A stretch of 64,000 nucleotides of DNA. Origin: Chrysomallon squamiferum (lineage: Eukaryota > Animalia > Mollusca). The translations under genes were made by a program, and so were the position numbers. Below are positions 53,302 to 64,000 of the stretch, piece by piece; positions within the stretch are counted from its first letter, which is position 1, and each line of letters opens with the position of its first letter. The stretch lies in NCBI GenBank assembly GCA_012295275.1, contig CM022674.1:17112001-17176000 (forward strand), in the 5' to 3' direction. The notes under the pieces were generated by a model, which did no database searches, was not told the DNA's origin, and saw only the letters and a program-made list of their open reading frames with translations.

Positions 53302-53501
53302 NNNNNNNNNNNNNNNNNNNNNNNNNNNNNNNNNNNNNNNNNNNNNNNNNNNNNNNNNNNNNNNNNNNNNNNNNNNNNNNNNNNNNNNNNNNNNNNNNNN
53401 NNNNNNNNNNNNNNNNNNNNNNNNNNNNNNNNNNNNNNNNNNNNNNNNNNNNNNNNNNNNNNNNNNNNNNNNNNNNNNNNNNNNNNNNNNNNNNNNNNNN
53501 N
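53302..53501. other. Assembly gap (200 N)
   Basis: Run of N. Confidence 1.
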
Positions 53502-53791
53502 AAAGCCACAATATTCTTAAAACAAATGTTTTCTGTCACACGCAAGATTTATATTACCAAAGATGTTTATAATTACGTGTGGTAATTTTGAGTGTACTGG
53601 AAATAAGATTATTTTGCTGTCATTTGTTGCAATGTTCATTGAAAGAAATCAGTGTAATCAGTGAATGGAGTTACATTGAAAATGTTCTTTAGAAAATTAC
53701 ATCATGTGAATCCACATTTTGTGTACAGGGTCTGTGTGTGTGTATATGTGTGTATGTGTGTGCATGTATATGCTTTGATGTGCCTATCTAT

Positions 53792-53846
<55 letters not shown>

Positions 53847-55306
53847 TAGACATCAAAGCATGCACACACACATGTATGTACGTGTGTGTGATTGTGTGTG
53901 TGTATGTGTGTATATGTATCCTTTAGTGCCTATATATATATATATATGTTTGCATGTATACATTTCTGCCAATACTTGTGCGTATGTGCGTGTGTTTGCC
54001 TTCACACATATCTTTTATCCATGATTCCAGATACCTATCAATATAATATATTCCAAAAAACCACCAAAATTATATATATATAATTTATTTTTGAAGAATA
54101 ACTTTACATCTGTTATTAAACCTTTTTTCTGAATATGTTAACAGAACTCTTTCTTTATATTTACAATATGTATACAAAATCCCACTTAAATTATTTTATT
54201 GACTTGTATTGTGTTCATCTTTTCTGTATATGCTCATAAACACACACTCATACAAGTATACGGACTACAAACATACACACATACATACATACATACATAC
54301 ACGCATACATGCACTTACATACTGCTGTGACTAAAATGTTCTGAAATGAAGAAAGTTGTAATACATTTTTATTTGTCTTTTTTTTCAGTTAACATTTGAT
54401 CATTCGTAATTTGTTATATTTTACATTTGAATATTCAGAAAAAACAAACAAATACGTAATAAATATTTTGCTTTTCCCCATTCCTAATACATTGTCACAA
54501 AAGTTACTTTAATTTGCATATTCATAATATTTTAGTATAAGAATTGCTTTTATTTCCCTATTCACGACAGATTACTGTTACAATATTTTTACATTAGCAG
54601 ACTCATAACACATTATTAAACCACTAAAGGGAAAAAACTGAACTGTGATAAAACTAGATGAAATTCAGGCTTTGTGTTTAGCTATAAAACAGTCATTGTG
54701 AGTGTTTAGCTTATTCCTAATTTGTTATGATAATTATTATTTTACATTTTCGTACTGAAAATAATTACGATTTAACAATTATTTTACATACATGTATTTT
54801 AAATTAAATGTAATTTGTTATTATTAATATCATTTTTCATTTTCATATAGGTAATAATTATTCTACATTTTAAATTAAATTTGTTATTATAATTAGTATT
54901 TCATATTTGCTTATTAATAATCATTATGTTTAATGATTATTAATTTTAATTTAAATGTTTGCAATTAATTATCAGTGAAATTAACTTCTAAATTTACTCG
55001 AATAGGGTGCCCAGTACAGGCATGATTGAACATTGAGAATGAAAACTCATTCCAGACTGTTTGCTCATTATCCTTTTAATAATTTGTAAAATATATTCGA
55101 TTTGTTTGTTAACCATTTTAAAAAAAATAAATCTGTTTTGAATCAATTGTTACTTACTTGTCTTTATTAATAACCAATGGAAAGAAAGTGAAACTAGTGT
55201 AAAATAAAAATATTTATTCACAATAGTTGTGAATTTATTTCAAACACAGAGTGAATATATAACTTTGTCTGTGAATTCAGTGCAAAAAATACGACAGCTA
55301 TATATA

Positions 55307-55380
<74 letters not shown>

Positions 55381-56571
55381 AGTGTCTACATATATATATC
55401 TATGCAATATACACACAGACACACACATTTACTATAATAACACATTTACTTTTCTTCCTACTACTGTGCCCGTTTCTTTATTCCACGTAAAAGTGTTTCA
55501 GTAGATAACACGCAATTTTTTTTCTTATGCCTTCTTAATTTAATTAGAAAAACCCTTACATATGATAGAGTTAAAAGTAAATTTAAAATATTTATTTCAT
55601 ATTTTACTTTTGAGGTACAGCAGTATTATAATTTTATTCAACATTGTTGATAATCGACCCAATATCTTTCTGACTTTAACCTGAAATCATATTTCAGAAA
55701 AATGACACACTCAGAAAACTGACTGTCATTTCAACCAACTCTCAGTGATAATGCATTCAGCTGAACCATTGGCCTAGAACAAACTGCTTTTATAAGAAAG
55801 TACATAAAGAAGATGACACTTGAGAGATGGACGTGTTAGTACAGGCATGACTGAATACTGAGAATGAAAAATCAGTCCAAACTGTTCGCTCATTATCCTT
55901 TTAATAATCTGTAAAATATCTTCGATTTGTTTGTTAACCATTTTTAAAATAAATCTGTTGTAAATCAGTTAATAATCATGATTTTTGTGAATAAAAAATC
56001 TTTTTAACTTTTGAATCAAGTTTTTGTTTTTTATTATTGACTAAGTGAGTGAATGTGAAACTAATGTAAAATAAAAATATAAATATATACTTATATATAC
56101 GTGGATGTGTGTGTGTGTGTTATTTACATAAAGAGAAATGTATACTTGGATATGCAGGCATATATGTGTGTGTGTGTGCTTATATATATACACATACAAA
56201 CATATATATATATATATATACACACACACAAACATATATATATACATAGATCACCTAAAGATTTATTCTCCTATCTCTACGCATTTCATGGTTCACTTAA
56301 TTTCTCAACAACATAAACCAACACTTTTTTTTATTTGACTTACAGTGTAACTGTGTCACAGTTATACAGGCATAACGTAGTCTTTCGTTTATTGGCTGGC
56401 CCAGTACACGGGTATTCATCCCGAATATGAAAATACTTCCTGGCAAATCAACTTTAATATTTAACTACATAACATTTAACCTGCTACTGATTTCCAATGT
56501 TCATGGTTCTTTACTGCCTGGATTACTTTCGTTATACTTTTGTTATCAAGGCGTTAACGTATTACGTGTAA

Positions 56572-57344
56572 ATGATATTTTTATTGTGTGTAATGTTAAC
56601 TGATGTTTTGCATGGTGAGTATTTATGTTATTTATAGTATATATGAGTTTACGTTAAATATGCTTTGTTTCTACTATCTCTGTCTAAACATGAATAAATA
56701 TACGTCGTTTACACTGTACTTGGATATACGTAAAAATAACTGTGTTAATTTTTCCCTTAGGTTAATAGAAATATAAATGTTTATTTTTTCCAAAAGGTTA
56801 GCATAAATACAACTTTGTTTACTTTTCCATAGATACACTTAAATTTATCTTTGTTAATCGTTCCAATAGCTTCACATAGAATAGAACTTGTTAATTTTTT
56901 CAGTAATTATCTTTAGTGTATTACTTCTAACATATCATCGATAAGCATCTGGAAAGCTGGTATCTTCAATAGTTTTAATGTTTATAAAAAAGAGATCAAT
57001 ATTTGTTATTTGTTTCCCATCCTAGCTAACAGTGCTTGTCCCAGTACCTCAAATACTGCAGGTATGTAATAAACTCTTTCAGTATTTTTATATTTTGTTT
57101 AGGCAACTGGATAATGAGGAAAATTTAATGCATAAGTGAATTATTCTGTATTAACTGAGTTGCGTATGTGAAAAGATAAAACCATTTTTATGTTGTCACG
57201 TTCTCGTTTTTCTGAATGTTATATATTGATGATCATGATATATTTTTACTATGATGATATATTTTTAAATTTTGATAACATAAGTTTGTGAGTTTCTTTG
57301 TGCGTTTTTTAGTTTTTGATGATGTGCTATTGCTGTTTTTGGTG

Positions 57345-57409
<65 letters not shown>

Positions 57410-59502
57410 GTTGTTGTTTCAGTGATACATATGTGTGAAGATGAAGTTATCAGTGATGTTCAACATTTCTTTCTTGATGTGTTTGTATCAGTAAACACGA
57501 GTATCACTTGTAACTGTTCTCTTCACTCAGCACAAGCAACTCAGATTGGTTTTGTCATCGTTCAGGATTCTGAAGAAAACTGTAAATCTACTTTAACTAT
57601 AGAAGAGCCAACAATTTCTGTATCATTTTTATGTAGAAGCAGTGGAAGTAAAACAACATACAAACATGTTATTGATAGTAAAGGATATCTGTTACGTCTC
57701 AACGCAGAATTTGCTCCAGTGAGATCAACTTTCTGCATCAATTTCTGGAACACTGGTTCATGTAGAAAATTTATTTTAACTAAACAATTATGAATGTGGA
57801 ACATCCATTAATTAGAATATTTATTATTTTAAACTATTTCTGGTCCTAAAGGCTATGATTCAAAGATGTGATGAATGAAATAATTACAATAATGATGATA
57901 TGTGTAAAAAACAAAACAAAAACAAGATTTTTTATGATGTGCTAAAGATGTTGATGACATTAATAATACGACAGATACGACGATGATGGAGATGATGATG
58001 ATGATGATAATGATGATAATAATAATAATATAACAATAACAACGTCAATAACAATAATAACCTATTTATGTTACAAACATGTTTACTATTAAAGCAGGCA
58101 GTTTAAGTGTCCAGTGCTTTTCGCCACACAACCGTCTAACCACGACAACCACACGCACATCAACAGCCAGAACCCCGGAACGACGTCACCAATATATCCA
58201 GACATCACCGACAACAACAGTAAAGGAAAAACAGCATCTACTTCATCATTTGCTGCAGAATTACATGCAGAAGATAAATCGTTTCCAGGTATTATAAAAT
58301 TCAGATTTTTCGGAATGTGTGAGTTGTCAAGGAATCCACCAATCAGTGTTCGTTTCGACATATCACTGAAGATTTTAATAACTGTTGTTATTAGCTATAC
58401 CAAATTTAAGACCCTACAAATCGTAACAGGGGATAAGCAGACCCTATTCGTAATATCAGGGTTTAAGCAGGACACATTCAAATATTCATGGTTTCTTATA
58501 TCGTAAGATTCATTTGACAGCAGGATCTTTTGTGCTAAGCTTAACTGATCACCGATAAGCATGGCAAGTTTTGAGCAATCTTCACCAAGGTTTTTACTCT
58601 GGAATTCAGAAAAGCCCTTCTGGGCTATATGTAATACTATACACTTAATTCGTATATTCTATATTTCTTTATTTTCTGCTGGTTCTGTCATATGTGTTTA
58701 ACCAATCCTTTCGTTTTAATCGAAAAAGTTAAGACAGCATGACGTATTCAAATCGTGAGCAGGGTAAATCTTTTTGTTTTGAGCACACAAATTAAAAGGG
58801 GAGGGTCAATTCGTAAATCAATTCGTAATTCGTTGCAGCCGTTGTTGGAGGTGTTGTCGGTGTAGGACTGTTTGCTGCTGTTGTGACCGCTGTCATTATT
58901 TACCACAGGTAAAATAGTGACTAATTCGCCTTAAACTCATTATGTTGTTTTATATACGCACACACACTCTCATCGAAAACAGACACGCAAACACGTGCAT
59001 AGACACATACCTGTACGTTTGGTTTAATTAATATGAGCTTTCTTTTATTTGTTGTTTCATAATAATGACAATAATGATGGAGAAGATGATGGTGATGATG
59101 ATAATAATTTATAATGATAGAAATAACAATAACAACAATGACTATAATACTACTACTACTACTACTACTACTAATAATAATAATTATTATTATTTGTAAT
59201 GATGATATTAATGGTAGTAATAATAATAATGTATAATGATTTTGATTATGATGATGATGATATGATAATAATAATAATATTAATAATGATGATGATGATA
59301 CAAAATAACGATGATAACACTGGTAATAATAGAAGTAGTAGTAGTAGTAGTAGTAGTGGTGGTAATAATAATAATAATAATAATAATGAGAAGAAGAAGA
59401 AGAAGAAGAAGCAGAATTACAATGATAATAGTAATAATAATAGTGATAACAGCGATACTAATATTGATGATGATAATAATGATACTACCACCACTACTAC
59501 TG

Positions 59503-59541
<39 letters not shown>

Positions 59542-59934
59542 ATAATAATAATAATAAACATTTTCTGCAGAAGAAAGTCAACAAACTGTAAACAGACTTC
59601 AAACAACGTCGACGGTAACGTCACCAATGATGTAAGTTACTACAACACTGCTAACAACATCAGCGTTAACAATACTCATATCGGAAATGATGATGCGACT
59701 CCTAGTCCAGTCAACATCAGTGGTAACGACTACGAACAACTACAACTGAGTCCTGCACAGTATATTAACACAGCAGTCGACGATGACCATGTTTATCTTC
59801 ATGTCTCCAACACTGATGCTGAAAGTAGCAATTACGAGCGAATACGTCAGAATGAATCGCAGTATGCTAATACGCCATCTAGTGGTGACGGAAGTCACGT
59901 GTATCTTGGAATAAGTAAGTCAAGAGACCAGTGA
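56572..59934 (+). pseudogene. Single-pass receptor: signal peptide, CUB-like domain, Thr-rich stalk, TM, multi-tyrosine cytoplasmic tail (one frameshift)
   Basis: Exons 56572-56614, 57026-57061, 57423-57755 (C..CNC..C..C..FC), 58095-58288 (194 bp, breaks phase), 58839-58908 (AVVGGVVGVGLFAAVVTAVIIY), 59571-59934. All other phases are consistent. Confidence 0.75.
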
Positions 59935-60029
59935 AAAATTATGATTGCACCGCGTGCAGTATTGAGAACATTTAAACAAAACATAGTTATAATAATAACG
60001 ATAATTATAACATAATCCGCAAGATTACT

Positions 60030-60840
60030 CTTTCAATGACAATATGAAAATTTCAGTAACGTTTACACAAAAGTGATTTTTGTTGTAGAAAATATATGTT
60101 GAAATGTTATTGTATTTGGTCTAAATGTACAATACTGTGGTATATATTTATTTCTCTGAAAAGTTAAAAATTTCCACTTAACAATACAGAGAAACTCATC
60201 ACCAATATCAAAATTGCATAAGTGACATTTTCTGTGTTTCAATATTGAGCCAAATACCAGTTTATATAGGAAGCTTGACATTACTAACTTTAAATAAAGT
60301 TCTAACATTTTTAATTGGCGCAAAACATTTACTGGAACACACGAATATATACTTCATAAACACATTCATCTAATATTAGAAGCATAATATAAGCTATTAC
60401 AGAAGCATTCATACTATGGTTATAAGATAACAACATTTATAATATACGAGACAGTTTATACTCTTTACAGTTAGCAATGTTTGCCCAAATTGTAAACATT
60501 TTTACTGTAACATTTATAGACAATGGATATCTGCATAATTCACCATAAACCGTATATCTTGGTGTTGATTTGTTAACACATACTATATATTAGATAAACG
60601 TGAGATGATATCTTTCAGTTATATTGCAATATTGAAAACTCCTGATTTCTGCATATAACAATATTGGGTTTACAATTTTGTCAAACTAATCTAACTAACA
60701 GTCGATTGATAACCTCAGCAACAATTTCTATTTCCATATGTTTATATATAAATCTGTTTCTAATTTTCCTGTGGAAAGAAAATCATAATTTTTGACATGG
60801 CAGCATTAACTTTTAATTTCCACGTTATACAATTCATTTC
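60030..60840 (-). mobile_element. Degraded CR1/L2/RTE-like LINE 3' remnant (duplicate of 14010-14780)
   Basis: RKCHLCNFDIGDEFLCIVKW..RNKYIPQY..RPNTITF. Confidence 0.7.
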
Positions 60841-62479
60841 AGTCGTAGAGTAACCCTGTCTAAAACGAGACTTACTTTTTTCCCCAGTAATTCAACATGT
60901 ATAAAATATCACATGTAGAAAAGATATTGATAATAATGACAACGATAATAATGATAATAATAATAATAGCAGTAAAAACAACAGAAATGACAACAATAAT
61001 AACATACTACTACTACTACTACTAATAGCACTGTAAATATGAAAACAGTTAGTAGTACAGTTCTGTTAAAGAGATCACAATAAATTACTTAATGATGATA
61101 ATTTGTGTTAAAGAGATTGTATTGAACATTCAAGAAATCGTTTCTACATACGCTACACATATATTTAAATCTATCTATGTACCAATCCTTCAGTAATACA
61201 TACATACGTTAATAACCGACATACATACAGATTTGCATGCATACATAAATACATGAGGAGCTACAGACACTTACGTATATTTGTTTATATCTACTTAATA
61301 CGTCAACTGTATATATTCACACACATACATACACACATACATACATACATACATACATACAGGCATACATATATAATAAATCTCAATGCTCTGTTTGAAA
61401 ACATTAATAGTAAAATCGGTGTGTTCGAGTCTGTGAATGTGGGGTGGATAGATCGATGGATACATTGGAGGATGGATAGAGAGATTATTGAAATACTTGA
61501 AAAGAAAGAATTGTGTATTTTTATATATTTTTTAGACATCCCACATAACACACATACATGTGTATAGGTTCATACATACATATGTACATACATACCTACG
61601 TACACACACACACACACACACAGATATATATATTTACACATGCACACACATGCATACATACATAGATACATACATATATGCATATGCATACATAATAACT
61701 AGATGAATACATACACATATGCACTATCAACTATATCGAAATGTCATAACAACCTTTACATCGTTGACATAATCCAAATAGGTAACTGTATACCTCGGTT
61801 AATTGTGTAATTGCAGAAAGTATCCGTGAATCATAAAAATGAATTATTTAGTAGTCAATATTACGTAAATAATTCATTGGTTTTCAGATTTGAAGTTAAT
61901 GCACTACACATATAGTAAAACGATATTTTAGTGAATAAAGTACGCAAAACCTGAGAAATAAACCTGATTAATAATTAAAATTTAATCACTTTACAGATGT
62001 AACTTGAATAGTACAGCATATAAAACAAAACAAAAGAAAAAAAAATAGAAAACAGAAAATAAAGAATAGGAAATAAATAATTTACTTGGTTTCATATTTT
62101 AGCTTAATGCTCTGTATACATCGGAGACAGAATCACATGGTATGATATATCCTTATTCGTTTGTAATTTTCTCTCTTTAAATGTGTGTATTTATATACCT
62201 ATCCCGTTATTTATTTACTATTACTATGTATATTCATTGCAAGCAGGCTTTGTTTTTTTAATATATTTTTTATTCCTTTAATACCAGATTGGCGATGACA
62301 TTTTACATATTTTCACTATTGATTATGTTATAATGTCTTTTAGTATCCCGACTACAATAGCTTTTATTATTTTTATTACTTTCATTATTATTATTATTAT
62401 TATTATTATTGCTGTCCTAATAAATTATTACTATCATTACTACTACTAGTAATAATAATTGTAATACTTGTATTTTACG

Positions 62480-62870
62480 TTTTCGTCTTTATAATAATTA
62501 TGATGTAACAATTATTCTATTTATGTGCATTTTAAATTAAAGGTAATTTGTTATTATTAATACCATTTTACATTACGATATTGATAACAATTACTGTTTT
62601 ACATTTTCGTATTGATAATAATTATGATGTAATAATTATTCTACATTTTAAATCCAATGAAATTTGTTATTATAATTAGTATTTCATATTTGGTTATTAA
62701 TACTAATTATCTTTAAGGATTATTAATTTTCAGTTAAATGTTTGTGATTAGTTATGAGCGAAATTAGCTTCTACATTTACTGGTAGAGTGTGCCCAGCAC
62801 AGGCGTTATTGATCATTGAGGATGAACACTCATTACAAACTGTTTTTTCATTATCTTTTTAATAATTTGT
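62480..62870 (+). repeat. Dispersed AT-rich repeat, also at ~9650-10080, ~54730-55140 and ~55840-56020
   Basis: Shared core gtgcccag.acaggc.tgattgaacatt.agaatgaa..tcatt.caaactgttt..tcattatc.ttttaataatttgtaa. Confidence 0.75.
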
Positions 62871-64000
62871 AACCTAACATTAACACTAACCCTAATTCAA
62901 ACTCTATTCCTAACACTAAACCTAATCCTAACGAAGAGGTTAAACAATTCTAATGCTAACATTAGTACAAACCCTGATAATAACACGTTTACCGATTATG
63001 ATCAGACTCATAATAAACTTTAAATAATATTCGCACTAACTGTAACCCTAACCCTAACCCTAGTTCAACTTATAAACCTAATCCTACCCAAGTCCCCAAC
63101 ACTAATTGTTACCCTAATGCTACTTCCAGTGTGACCCTCACATCTTTTACACATTATCATAACACTCATAATAAGATTCAAATAACCCTAACCCTAGGCC
63201 TGAGTCTATCCCTAACTTTAAACCTAACCCTATCGAAGTCATTACACTTAAATATAATGCTAACACTAGTACTAACCGTGATAATAAAACTGTATCATAA
63301 GATTCCTAAATAAAATTTAAATAATACTCACCCTAACCCTAGCCCTAACTCTAATTATTTTCCACATTGCCATAACACTCATAATAAAATTTAAATAATC
63401 CTATCTGTAATCCTAACCCTAACCCTAACCCTGATCCTAACCCTAACCCAGCCTCTAGTCCTAACTCTAAACCTAACCCCTTTGAAGTCGTTAAACTTAT
63501 TTCTAATGCTAACTCTAGTACTAATCCTGATAATAAAAATGTTTTTGCAGATTATCATAAGACTCATAATAAAATTTAAATAACACTCACTCTAACCCTA
63601 ACTCTAACCCTAACCCTAACTCTAACCCTAACTCTAACCCTAACCCTAACCCTAACCCTAGCTCAACTTCTAAACCTAATCCTACCCAAGCCCCCAACAT
63701 TAATTATTGCCCTATCGCTACTTCCAATCGTGACCCTCAAATTCTTTTGTATACTATCTTAACACTCATAATAAAATTTAAAAACCTAACTCTAACCCTC
63801 ACTCTAACGCTGACCCTAACATAACCCAGATTCTATCGTTAACTCTAAACCTAACGCTAACGAAGTCGTTAAACTTAAGTCTAATTCTGACACTAGTATT
63901 AATCCTGATAGAAAAACTGTTTTGCAGATTATCATAAGATTCATAATAAACTTTAAATAACATTCAGCCTAACCCTAACCCTAACCCTAGCTCAACTTCT
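62871..64000. repeat. Satellite with embedded degenerate telomeric (CCCTAA)n blocks; continues past window end
   Basis: ccctaaccctaa runs alternate with recurring modules (gaagtcgttaaac.. at ~62933, 63235, 63484, 63862; ctag.tcaactt.taaacctaatcctacccaag at ~63060, 63657, 63987). Confidence 0.88.

Noticed and set aside
62871-64000. True chromosome-end telomere
   Set aside because: Degenerate, interrupted by other modules and in the wrong orientation for a right-hand end.

Overview
AT-rich, microsatellite-dense eukaryotic (animal) DNA with GT-AG introns and two 200-N assembly gaps (4070-4269, 53302-53501). Gene and repeat types suggest an invertebrate, probably a mollusc (inference only). Every host gene I could reconstruct by hand is disrupted: two inverted copies of a single-pass receptor TK/TKL kinase sharing one nonsense codon, three partial PAN-Apple/fibrinogen (FReD) genes, an MRH (mannose-6-phosphate receptor homology)-like gene, YWTD-like exons, an Ig-domain receptor, and a CUB-like receptor with a tyrosine-motif tail plus a partial paralog in a segmental duplication. 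Mobile and viral DNA: a full-length Tx1-type LINE with a 10-bp TSD, a hAT MITE with an 8-bp TSD and an empty paralogous site, Tc1, KRBA2/Ginger-like, CR1-like and YqaJ remnants, a parvovirus-like NS1 (SF3 helicase) fragment, and several satellites including a degenerate CCCTAA array. The three most unusual observations: (1) a palindromic element of two divergent tRNA-like units with outward-pointing satellite tails, present twice, one copy hosting the Tx1 LINE inside its tRNA-like segment; (2) a possible MRH-TM-kinase receptor architecture; (3) a circularly permuted FReD gene and the viral NS1 fragment abutting the same satellite. All exon models and translations were made by eye; no database searches were run.
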